Source: Lama guanicoe (taxonomy: Eukaryota). From it: DNA of 64,000 nt. Positions 52,656-64,000 of this stretch are shown here, piece after piece. The notes beneath the pieces are model-generated. The model did not search any database. It worked only from the letters and a program-made list of their open reading frames with translations, and had not been told where the DNA came from. The position numbers and the translations under genes are program-made. Each line of letters begins with the position of its first letter. Position 1 is the first letter of the stretch. The DNA lies in NCBI GenBank assembly GCA_013239625.1, contig MU053994.1, forward strand, positions 3,477,589 through 3,541,588, written 5' to 3'.

Positions 52656-55478
52656 TTCATTTTCCAGCTTTACTGAGGAATAATTAATAAATTAAAATTC
52701 CATATACATAAGGTATACAATGTGATTTGATATACATAACCATTGTGAAATAATTACCACAATCAAATTACCAAGTCAATTAACATTTCCGTCAATTCAC
52801 ATAATTACTGTTTTCTTTATATGGTGAGAGTAGGATCTACTCTCTTACCAAATTTCAAGTACACAAAACAGTGTTATTAACTATAGTCATAATGCTGTAC
52901 ATTAGATCTCCAGAGCTTGCTCATTCTGCACATCTGAAACTTTGTACCCTTTGAGCATCATCACTACATTTACACCACGCTCATCCCCTGCAACCACCAA
53001 TCTACTCTCTGCTTCCATGAGTTTGATTATTTTAGGTTCCACATATAAGTGAGACCATTCAGTGTTTGTCTTTCTGTGTCTGATTTACATCACATAGCAT
53101 AATCTCCTCCAGGTTCAACCATACTGTCACAAGTGGCAGAATTTCCTTTTTTTTTTTAAGGCTGAACAATATTAAATTCTGTGTATGTATGTGTGTACAC
53201 TACACACACACAACCGCATTTTCTTTATCCACACATCCGTCAATGGACACACAGATTGTTTCCATATTTTGGCTATAAAGAATATTGTTGCAATGAACAT
53301 GGGAGTAAAGATATTTCTTCAAGATACTGATGTCATTTCCTTTGGATATATACCCATAAGTGGAATTGCTGGATTACATGGTAGTTTCAGTTTTAGTTTT
53401 TTGAGGAACCTCCATACTGTTTTCCAAAACGGCTGTACCAACTTACATTCCCCTCAACAATATACAAGGGTTCCCTTTTCTCCACATCCTTGCCAACACT
53501 TAGGGTATGCCATATTAACAGATGTGAGATGGTATCTCATTATGGTTTTGATTTGCATTTCCCTGATGATTAGTGATGCTAAGTGATGCTACAAATTTCC
53601 CTCTAATAGCTGCTTTTGCTGCATCCCATAAGTTTTAGTATGTTGTGTTTCCATTTTCATTTGTCTCAAGATATTTTTTGATTTCTTTTGATTGCTTCTT
53701 TCACCCACTGATTGTTCAGGAGTGTGTCAATTTTCCACATTTGTGAATTTTCCAAATTTCCTCTTGTTACCAATTTCTAGTTTTATACCACGTGGTTGGA
53801 AAAGGTAATGATTTCAATTTTCTTAAACTGGTTAAAACTCCTTTTATGGCCTAACACATACTCTACCCTGGAGAATGTCCCATGTGTACTTGAGAAGAAT
53901 GTGTATTTTGCTGCTGTGGGATGGAATGTTCTGTATGTGTATTCTAGGTCCATTTGGCCTACAGGGTTATTCAAGTCCTATACTTCCTTACTGATCCTCC
54001 ATCGGGATGTTCTACTCATTATTCAAAGTAGGGTACTGAAGTACCCTGCCATTATTGTGTTACTGTCTATTTCTCCCCTCAGTTGTCTGTGTTTGCTTTA
54101 TATAGTTAGGGCTTTGATGTTGGGTGTATATATATATTTATAATTATTATATCTTCCTGGTGGACTGAATCTTCTGTCATTATATAATGCCCATTTTGTC
54201 TTTTGTGGTTGTTTTTGACTTAAAGTCTATTTTGTTTGGTGTAAATATAGCCACCCCTATCCTTTTTTGTTTGCCATCTGCGTGAAATACGCTTTTCCAT
54301 TCCTTCACTTTCAGCTTGTGTGTGTCCTTAAATCTAAAGCGAGTTTCTCATAGACAGCATATAGTTGAATTTTTGCTTTTTAATCCATGCAGGCACTCCA
54401 AATCTTTTAACTGGAGAATTTAATTCATTTACATTTAAAATACTATTGATAGATAAGGACTTCCAACAGTAAGCCATTTTGTTAACTGTTTTCTGACTGT
54501 TTTGTAGTTTATTTTTTCTTTTCTTCCTCTCGTGGTGCCTTCCTTTGTGATCTGATGATTTTTTGTTGGTATGCTTTGATTCCTTTCTCTTTATCTTTTG
54601 TGCACCTATTACATGTTTGTTCTTTGTGATTACCATGAGGCTTACATAAAACATCTTACCGTTATAACCATCTACCTTAAGTTGATAACTGAACTTTGAT
54701 CACATATAAAAACTTTACACTTTTACTCCCTTCTTACATTTTTATGTTATTGGTGTCAGAACTTACATCTTTTTATATTGTGTATCCCTTAACAAATTAT
54801 TTTAACTATTTTTAATACTTTTGTTTTTTAACTTTTATATTAAGAGTTTAAAGTGGTTTATGCATCACTGTTACAATATTAGAGTATATATATATTTACC
54901 TTTACCAGTAAGTTTTATACTTTCTTACATTTTCTTGTTGCTAATTAATTAGTGTCCTTTCATTTCAACTTGAAAAATTCCTCTCACATTTCTTGTAAGA
55001 CAGGTCTAGTGGAGAAGAACTCTCTGAGTTTTTGTTTGTCTGGGAAGGTCTATCTCTCCTTCACTTCTGAAGCACAGTTTTGCTAGATATAGTATTCTTG
55101 GTTGGCAATTTTGTTTCCTTTCAGCACTTTGAATATATCATTCTACGATCTCCTGGCCTACAAGTTTCTGGTGAGAAATCTGATAGCCTTATGGAGGGGA
55201 GGAGGAAGAAGGGAGATGGTGAGGAGGAGAAAGTGGTGGCACTGGCTTATATCTAATGAGTCACTTTTCTCATACTGCTTTCAAAATTCTGTGTGTTTAA
55301 TTTTGACAATTTAATTATAATATGTCTTGGTGAAGGCCTCTTCATGTCCAGCCTATTAGAGGTACTTTGAATATTATGGATCATTTATTTCCTCTGATTT
55401 GGGAAGTTTCCTATCATTCTTTCTTTAAGAAAGCTTTCTGCCTCTTTCTCATTTTCTGCTCTTTCTGGGACTCCCATC
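52656..55478 (-). mobile_element. L1 (L1MA-type) with a large internal ORF2 deletion: 3' end 52656-53581, then EN / inter-ORF / ORF1 part 53590-55478
   Basis: The 3' UTR and Cys-rich domain are joined directly to EN-domain sequence (YRTFHPTAAKYTFFSSTHGTFSRVEYVLGHK), followed by ORF1 remnants. Confidence 0.9.
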
Positions 55479-55999
55479 CAAAAGGTCCTAACTTTGGAGA
55501 ATGTATAAACAACTAGTTGTATGTTCACTTTCTACTTAACCATGGTACCTCTCTCCCATTGTGGACATGAACCAAGACCCTGGGTAAATTGCATCATCTG
55601 GTGGCTGAAGTAAGAAGATAGCTGGCATAACATCTATTCTGCTTTAACAAGATCATATGGAGAACACACTGACCATTTTTTTCTTGATCATTTACCCATC
55701 ACTGATTAACTCCTTGGCAATTATGTCCATGTGTTTGTTCTCTCATTTTTCCTTGTCCTTTTAAAATGTTCCTGCCCTTAGGAAAAAAACACTCCCCAAA
55801 ACGAATTCCTCCCAATTTATGTGTCTAAAAAGTTAACGCACCCCAAGCTGCCCATCAACGCTTGGAATATACCTATATCAAGGAAAAGGAAAGACTTTAC
55901 AGAAAATTAGTCATAAGAACTAATGCCATCAGTCTCTGACAATTTCAAAGTTAGTGACTCTTAAAGCTGATTACTTGTTAGATGGTGGCAAAATATTTG

Positions 56000-57378
56000 A
56001 TAACACCATATGTGAAAGGAGGTTATAGTTTAGGAAAACATAGGAAACCTTCAGGGTATGTGTATGATGGCTTTTTCTTATAGCTTTTGAGTCCAGTCCT
56101 ACAAGAGGCCAAATTAAACTAGAGCTAGTCATTCTCTGCTTGCAGCCTCCAATCTAGGTTGACTGAGAGTCACATAATTTGAAGCTTTGCAGGGCTATAA
56201 ACATCAACAGCCTCTGCACCTCAAACTGAGGTGATTATAAGCAGTAACTCAGAGAAGTAGCTGTCTTAGCAGGAGATAAGACCACAGGCCTGAGCTGTTT
56301 TAAGAGTTCTCTTCAGGACAAGGAAGAAAACCAGCCAGCAAAAATCAGATTAAGAATGCTGCCTACCTCAAGGCAGCTGGCTATTAATTTAAAAGCTAAA
56401 GGAAAAGGGCTGAGCAAGGAGGCCAGTAAGCAGAAGAATTTTCAAGCTCAGAAACTATGTATAGATGTGGCTTTCCCCACCATGGAGCTTACTAAAAGCA
56501 AACATAGCAAAAATCTATAAGTCTTTTGAGGGAATAATATTATCATGAAACCCCAAGACTGCTCTGCAGCAGACAGCAAGTATTAAATCTCTAAAATAAT
56601 TCGTGGCCCCAAACCCTCGCCAACAGAACATTAGCTGTGAAACCTGTACATTCCCCCAAGAAACATATGCTCCCCAGTGAGTGCTTCAGATGCAGCCATG
56701 AAGAATGGACAATAAAGAATCTCTAGAGAACAGTCAGGGACCTGTTCTGGGGCAAAAGAAATCCCCTTGTATTATTGCAATTGCTGCTGTGACTCTGCTG
56801 TCACTTTAGATAACCACGCTTACCCTGCCTTTGGTACCTGCGTGCCACTTGACCTCTGCCACCCCAGGATCCAGTTACCTCCACTGTATTTAGGTTTGCT
56901 AATTCAGTGGCAGCAGTTTCCATTGTAATTTCTGTCCTATAGGATCTTGGGGCTCCCCTCACAAATCTGTTTCCCAGGCAAAGGAAATCCCCCTAGAGAG
57001 CAGAACCAGGGGCTGCCAGAAGGGCCATCAAAGGAGCTTTCCCCACTGCCAGGGCAGGGAGTTTTTGCTCTTCCTGCCCAGTAGTATTTGACCACTGCTA
57101 TCTCTCCCTTTCTTCCTCTTTTGGCGTGAACTTTTACTACAGTTATCTTATTCTTTCCCTACCTACGTAACGATGGAAGAGGGAGGAAGTTTGTGGGACA
57201 CAGGAAGCCATACCTAGACCTAATGGGGAAGACTGCACATCACCAAGAAATCGAGAACTTAGAAACTGGATACAATAACTAGATAAGACTTTGGAGGTGT
57301 TTCCACTGAGGAGGGGGTGAGCATGTTCTTTGTATGGAAAGAAGACTGAATGAGGATTAGATAGCTAAAGGAGAGTAC
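56000..57378 (+). mobile_element. Probable MaLR internal region (MLT1-int) adjoining the LTR
   Basis: Directly upstream of an MLT1 LTR. The purine-rich end and the motifs taagactttgga..gggggtgag..attt resemble MaLR internal 3' ends. Confidence 0.5.
56767..56976 (-). mobile_element. ERV-L gag fragment between 16-bp direct repeats
   Basis: Translates as GNRFVRGAPRSYRTEITMETAATELANLNTVEVTGSWGGRGQVARRYQRQGKRGYLK*QQSHSS, resembling ERV-L Gag (NRFVR.AP...L.NLNT...GS.GGRGQVAA...QRQG). Flanks are ggcaaaagaaatcccc / ggcaaaggaaatcccc. Confidence 0.78.
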
Positions 57379-57883
57379 TGCAGCAAAGACTGTTAATCAT
57401 CCACCTAATAGCCTTTCTCCATTCTTTCTTGCTAGCAGAAGTCCAACATTGTTGGGCTCCAGTGTGCTCAAGTGAAAATACATGTCCCAGCTTCCTCGTA
57501 CATGAGGTAGCCATGTGATGTAGTTTGGCCAATGATATGAAAGCAGACTTCACTGGATGTGGTTCATAGGAAAGTTCTTTAAAGAGGTCTGACTCACCTG
57601 GAAGTCACCATTTTGCTCGTCCCCATCCTCCAGCTAACCTAAAACACAGATGGGATGACTCAGGAGCTACCTTGTAACGAAGAGTATACACTAAGGATGG
57701 CTGGGAAGAAGGGTAGACGGCACCTAGGTCCCTAACGGCATCTTGGACACACCCTATCAGCCCTGGAATGCTAAACTTCAGAATTCTTATTTAGTGAGTG
57801 GAAAATAAACTCAAGTTTATGTAGGCCATTATTTTGGGAGTTTTCTGCTCTACATAGTAAACGTCAGCTCCTTCATGGATACA
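57379..57883 (+). mobile_element. MaLR LTR (MLT1J/K-like)
   Basis: TG...CA termini; ggtagccatgtgatgtagtttggccaatgatatg...ctaaggatggc...aataaact...gataca. Confidence 0.78.
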
Positions 57884-59340
57884 CATAGAATCCTGTAACT
57901 CACTGAGGAATTAACCAAATTTATGTCAAAATATAACCTGTAAAAAAAACTGTATCAGGCACCTTACTTTTACTTAGCCTGGCTGCCACATACTTGACAT
58001 CCAAAAGTTAGCCCCATGTCCATTTCAGGCACAGTTAATCAATCAGGGCACTTTATACCAGTAAGTTATAAGTACATCTGTAAAACTATTTCAACTCCAA
58101 GTCTCAACAGCTACAACTGATCTACTGACCTGGCACACAATATAGAACCTATTCTCCATTTGTAGCAACTTCAGTTTCTCTCAGTTCTAGAATTCTAAGA
58201 CAAATTATAGACCTTACAATGGAGAAAATATGTCAAGATTCTACACCTATCAAGTAACTCAGATCAAATTAAATAATCTAATCCTACAACTCTGGACCAG
58301 TCACATTTCCTCAGAAACAAATAAACTAAAACCTTGTTCCTTCATTTGTGAGATGGAAGAAATAGGAAAGCCTACTTAAGCTGCATAAGGTTGATGTGAA
58401 TATCATATACAAAATGAGTGTGAAAAAATTTGAAACTTAAATTACTATAAACATATAAATTATTAATAAATAAATCTATAATATATAATTTATTCTGTAC
58501 AACTAGCATAATTTGCTATTATAAATACTTAACATCTAAAATTAAATTCATTTCAAGAACATTATATTGTCCTGTGTAGCAATATAGAGAACTCAACTAA
58601 GAGTTCATTCTTCTGATTTCACACCAAAGAAACAATGGACTGGGGTGGGGGAAGCACAAAAATATCAAGAGTATACATATTCCAATCTATTCCACCAGGC
58701 AGAAATAACACTTGCATTCATGGAAGAATTCAGTTTTACCCTATTGGATTAATTTCTTTAAAAGAAAAAAGAAAAAGTAGTTTCACGATGGGGGAGGGGA
58801 AGTTTATCATACATATGTGTACTTTTTTAAACTCAAAAGGGAGAAATCTCTTCACCTCTATAGACTAAAATTTACAATAAGGTAAAAATAACTAGGCAAG
58901 TTTAATTAAATCAGTAAATATTTGATTGCCTACCAAACATAATGACTTGTTGCTAATACCATAGTGGATAACCTATGACCCCTAACCTCAATAAGAGCAG
59001 TGAAGTAAACCCTGAGATCTAAGTCTTAGTAACCAGGATAAAAGAGTAACTGAAGTTTCAATATTTAGAGAAGCTTTAGTAATATAAACAATGTACTAAT
59101 TAACATCATACCATCCGTGGTCTTTAAAACAGGTGCTACATATTCCCAGCCAAAATTCGTGAAAGTTTTCCAAAACTTACTTCAATTTCCTTTGAAATTT
59201 TGAAACCACTTAGAACCCCATGGAAAGTCTAGAAATGTATTAAAGAAGCTTGAGAACTGAACAAACTTTATAAAGGAAATAGTAACAATGTGGAACAAGT
59301 TACAGAGACATCTTTAAGGTCATCCTTATTCAAGTCACTT

Positions 59341-60113
59341 AAAAAATATTTATTGTAGTATAGTCAGTTTACAGTGTTGTGTCTATTTCTGGTGTGCAGT
59401 GTAGTATTTCAGTCATACATGTACATATATTTGTTTTCATAGATTACTACAAGATATTGAATATAGTTCCCTGAGCTACACAGAAGAAACTTCTTATATA
59501 TAGCAGTTAGTAGCTGCAAATCTTGAACTCCCAATTTATCCCTCCCTTCCTTACCACCGTGGTAACCATAAGTTTGTTTTCTATGTTTGTGAATCTGTTT
59601 CTCTTTTGTAAGTAAGTTCATTTGTCTTTTTTTTTTTTAGATTCCACATACGAGTGATATATGGTATTTTTCTTTCTCTTTCTGACTTACTTCACTTAGA
59701 ATGATGATCTTTAGGTCCAACTATGTTGTTGCAAATGGCATTATTTTAGCCTTTTTATGACCCAGTAGTATTCCATTGTATACATATACCACAACTTCTT
59801 TATCCAGTCATCTGTTAATGGACATTTAGGTTGTTCCCATGTCTTGGCTATTGTAAATAGTGCTGCTATGAACATTGGGGTGCATGTATATTTTTGAATT
59901 AAAATTTCCTCCAGATATATGACCAGGAGTGGAATTGCTAAACCATATGGTAAGTCTATTTTTAGTTTTTGAGGACTCTCTATACTGTTTTCCATAATGG
60001 CTGCACCAAACTACTTGCTTACGAACAGTGTAGGAGGGTTCCCTTTTCTCCACATCCTCTCCAGCATTTATCATTTGTGGACTTTTTAATGATGGCCATT
60101 CTGACTGGTGTGA
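59341..60113 (-). mobile_element. 5'-truncated lineage-specific L1 with 10-bp TSD
   Basis: Encodes CTPMFIAALFTIAKTWEQPKCP. Its 3' UTR is homologous to 20220-20540. TSD caagtcactt (59331-59340) / caggtcactt (60114-60123). Confidence 0.92.
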
Positions 60114-60831
60114 CAGGTCACTTTGGGATATCCTACACACTGAATATATAAATATTAACACAGAGCTCAACTACAGAAAATAAAAGGTATATATGTGGAT
60201 AGCACAACTGATTGGTCTACAAGTGCTATAAATTAATGTATCTGAATGTTAAAGGACCTTAGTTTTTAAATGAACAAATAAGCACATGCAAGCAGAGTGA
60301 GGAAATTTCAAGTTATAAATCAAAACCTTCTGGCTAGATGAGAAGATAAAGCTTCTTTCAAAAACTCAGCTATCCGCCAGAGACAAAAGCACTAGATACA
60401 TCCTATTGTCTAATCCATCCTCCTATTTGGCTAATGTGGATGAAAAAGCTTCAATAACCTTCTAAAAGCCACTCTACACAATGGGTAACCATAGCATACC
60501 TCTGACACTGGGCATATACACCCCCAATTAGGAGACATATGCTAGAAGCTGTGATATTAACAGCTTTCTCCCTTGCTATTACTGCCCACAATGGGCACCA
60601 TCTGGGATGATTTAGAGAATCATACAAGCAAAAACAGAATATATCAAATACATTGCATATTCTCCTGTACAAAGTTATCTGTATTACTGCTACCTGATAA
60701 ACTTTACTAGATTTTGCCAAACTGGAAGTTTCATCTTCTGAGGAAAATGGAAGAAATAAAAGTTGCAGCACAACATAAAAATGAAATTTTGCATGATCTT
60801 CAAGATCAGCCACGTGGAAGAGAAATCAGAA

Positions 60832-61183
60832 TGCTATAGACAATGTTCACATTCCCCTAAAATTCATATGTTGAAACCTAATCCCCAGTGTGATGATATT
60901 TAGAGGTAGAGCCTTTGACACATGATTGGGTCATGAGGGTAGAACCTTCATGAATGGGATTAGAGCCTTTATAAAGGAAACCCCAAAGAGCTCTGTCTCC
61001 CCTCCTGTCATGTGAGGACACGGCGAGAAGACAGCCACAGGAAACAGGCCCTCACTAGACATCGAATCTGCCAGCATCTGTATCTTGGACTTCTCACCCT
61101 CCAGAACTGAGAAATAAGTATTTGTTGTTCAAACCACCTAGTTTATGGTATTTTTGTTATAGCAGCCTGAACAGACTATGACA
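60832..61183 (+). mobile_element. MaLR solo LTR (MLT1A0-like)
   Basis: tgctatagac...aaattcatatgttgaaacctaatcccca...atgaatgggattag...cttggacttct..cctccagaactg...gttatagcagcctgaacagactatgaca. Confidence 0.9.
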
Positions 61184-61307
61184 GAGGGCAAACTTTTCAT
61201 CATAAGTATATTCCAAGCCAAGTTCTCATAAATTCCAACTCCCCATTGTGCCCCAGCTTCTGATCAGGAGGCCTTCACCTTTTTCTAGGCTAGCTGAATC
61301 TATATCT

Positions 61308-61332
61308 TGTGTGTGTGTGTGTGTGTGTGTGT
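61308..61332 (+). repeat. (TG)12 microsatellite
   Basis: Perfect dinucleotide run. Confidence 0.95.
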
Positions 61333-63169
61333 ACGGTGTAAATTCTTAACCAAGTACTCAAATATTTAATATTTCTGGTTTTAATGCTACCTAAGCAAAT
61401 AAAACTGGGTATGATACATCTGTACATTTCCAAGATAAATGCACTTAAATATTTGTCTACACATATCCTAGACATGGAGTGAAATGTCAAAACAATGTAT
61501 CAAGGTGAGGAATCACCTTGGATTCAAAAGTGGGCAGTAACCAACACAGGGTGTGTGGGTACAAGGAAGTGGCTGAGATCAGGGCCATTTTACCCTTTTC
61601 AGTAAATCATAAGACTTTATTTTCATGTATCAGGTACAGCAGGCTCAGCAAATATTGAATTAAAAGCTTAACAACACTCTATTTGAGACTTACACAAAGC
61701 AGTGATATCTTTCTAATTAGTTTAAGCCATGTCTCTGAAGGCACCTAAAACAAAATCATATCTACTGAAATCATCACTCCATTACAAATATCACTTTTCC
61801 TCAGCTAATTCCAGGTGAAGAAACGTAACTCTCAAGAAAGAAACCCAAAGCAGTAACAACATCAATCTCTAGTCATATTCTTCTGAGAAATGTCAATACT
61901 TCTCGAATTCACAGAAAATACCACAACCTTCAACGTCTTAGGTCCTATTCCACTTTTCTCTTCTATCCTGGAATGGAAAAGTAAGACAAAAATCTGACAC
62001 AAGGATTCCAATTTTGCCATCTGCCAATAGATCATAAAACCACCTGAAGTTTTAGACTACACAGCAGCCACAGGTAGCTCCAGATGGTCTGAAAAACTTG
62101 GGGACACTTGTTGCATGTGCTCTGCTCCACTTCCAACTGAGAACTCCCAACAATCTAAAACTGGAAGAGGGAAAAGAGCCTGCAACTGGTGCTTTCCAGA
62201 GAAAGGGAGGAAAACAGATTTGAGACTAAGGCCCTCCAGCTGAAACAAATCTCCCCTGCTGAATGGCTGTTGGTTATTTGCTTTAACACAACGCTGATGA
62301 GTCACTATGAAGTGACTTATAAGACAAATAAATGTTGGGAAGATTAAATAGAGCCTATCAAACCAAACAATATTTTTAAAGTAAAATTCATATAGTGGTC
62401 ACTTAAAGATAAAACACTTTAAAATGTAAAACCAGCATAAATACCACTGTATAATAAAAATTACCACTAGTAATGTTTGCTTCATAGCAGTTTCTTAATA
62501 TTAATCCCATATTTTCCATATAATACTTGGAAGCTGTTCACAGCCTTAAATAGTATTAGACTCAGTATTTCACTAATGGACCTAATGCTATGGCCCAGGA
62601 AAAAGCACTAACTGCACTGAGAGAGGTCGATTTATTCCAGAGAAAGGCTTACATGAAACACACCATAATTCAAAGGACTGAGGAATTATCATAAAGAATT
62701 TCCCAGCAGAAACTGGCAAAACAGATGGCGGTAAATCACACTTTCAAATTTGACAGTATCTGTAAAACTCTGCTTAATTCCTTCCTTGTTGGTATACCTT
62801 TTATTAAATTAGTTACTGTTTATGTTTCCTAAGCTACTTAATAAACTACTTTAACTCACTCTTATTCAAATAGAGAGACCAGTGCCCCTTTATATCACCC
62901 TTTGGGGCAGGGCCAGGGTTTTAAAGGGAGTTTCTTGACAAATACCCACTTCTTGCTAACTCTGTTCTTACCCAATTTCCCAGTTCGTTTTCTCCTTAGC
63001 GCGCGTGCATGCACGTGTGTGTAATATCCCACTCCATCCTCTACCTGCTCTGCCCCAACCCAAGAACAATACTGCCCTTTCCACTCCCAAGACTAGGCTA
63101 ATTGTTGAGAACTAGAAATGACACTTTTGATCAGTTGCTTTTAAGAAAGCACTTGCTCTACTAGCAAAA

Positions 63170-63390
63170 AACTGGCACATTATTTGAGGATTAAAAACAT
63201 CTATTTAGCTCTTATCATCATACTGAAAAATAAAATAAATTTCAGATAAATCAAGAAGTTAAATGTAAGAAACCAAAACAAAGAGACAGATGTGGGTGAA
63301 TTTCCACATGACTCCCAGGAAGGGAAGGACTTTCTAAGCATGAAAACAATTACAGAAATAACAAAGGGAAGGACTGACAGGTTGACTATG
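63170..63390 (+). mobile_element. Ancient L1 ORF2 fragment
   Basis: aaaataaatttcagataaatcaagaagttaaatgtaaga...gggaaggactttctaagcatga. Confidence 0.6.
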
Positions 63391-63857
63391 GTAGACACTC
63401 TCCTAATCAAGCTCCACTTAACCAATTTCACAGACTGACCCATTCCCCAACCCCTGTGTAGAAACCTAATGAATGCCCACAGCATACTGACTGCTCAAGG
63501 TGAACAGGCTACTGTGTGGTACACCTACCTATGAGCCCTACAAGTTAAGTTGCCTGTTTACCAAGAGTTATTTACATTTGTTCTCAGATTTGCCCCTCTT
63601 GATGCTAGTTCTGTACCTGTTACTATTCTTAATTATACGTTACATCCATTGAACGTGTGTGCAAAAACGTGTGTGGCTAGAGAGACCAGATAAAGGTGAC
63701 GCTGAATTAAATGTGGGTGACAAACCTGCAAAAGACTGGGGGGAATCTGTAAAATACCTGAAAGGATTCTGCATCAATTACAGTTCATTAAAGTATCACT
63801 TCATTTTAAAGCAACTAAAACTAGATGATGAGTTTTGGGTGAGATATAAAAAAGAAA

Positions 63858-63982
63858 TATTTTTTGTGGGGGGGTAATTAGATCTACTTATACGTTTTAT
63901 TTTTAGAGGGGGTACTGGGAATTGAACCCAAGCACTTGGATATGCTAAGCATGCTCTCTACCACTTGAGCTATAGCCTCCCT
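63858..63982 (-). mobile_element. tRNA-Ala-derived camelid SINE (Vic type)
   Basis: Homologous to 50301-50453 (ggggtaattag...gggaattgaaccca...atgctaagcatgctctctaccacttgagcta). Confidence 0.88.
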
Positions 63983-64000
63983 CCTATACCAGATTTAGAC

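Overview
This is AT-rich, repeat-dense mammalian genomic DNA. It is very likely from a camelid, judged from tRNA-Ala-derived Vic-type SINEs, and lies inside the X-linked gene CASK, which is transcribed on the minus strand. The only convincing coding sequence is the 113-bp CASK exon 2 (22576-22688). It encodes [37 protein letters not shown] of the CaMK-like domain. Bases 1-22575 are therefore intron 2 and 22689-64000 are intron 1. The rest is largely interspersed repeats: old and lineage-specific L1s, L2, MIR, HAL1, MaLR/ERVL LTRs, Tigger and hAT MITEs, and SINEs. There is one 42-N assembly gap. Almost all entries in the ORF track are L1 debris or chance ORFs. I see no evidence for a new multi-gene biological system. 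The most notable items are small insertion events: a tailless 5' half of tRNA-Cys(GCA) flanked by target-site duplications (TSDs), a 210-bp ERV-L gag fragment between 16-bp direct repeats, a chimeric 1-kb retroposed insert with an 18-bp TSD, rearranged L1s with templated junctions, and two unexplained non-repeat-looking islands. Repeat subfamily names come from recalled consensus sequences, and repeat boundaries are approximate.
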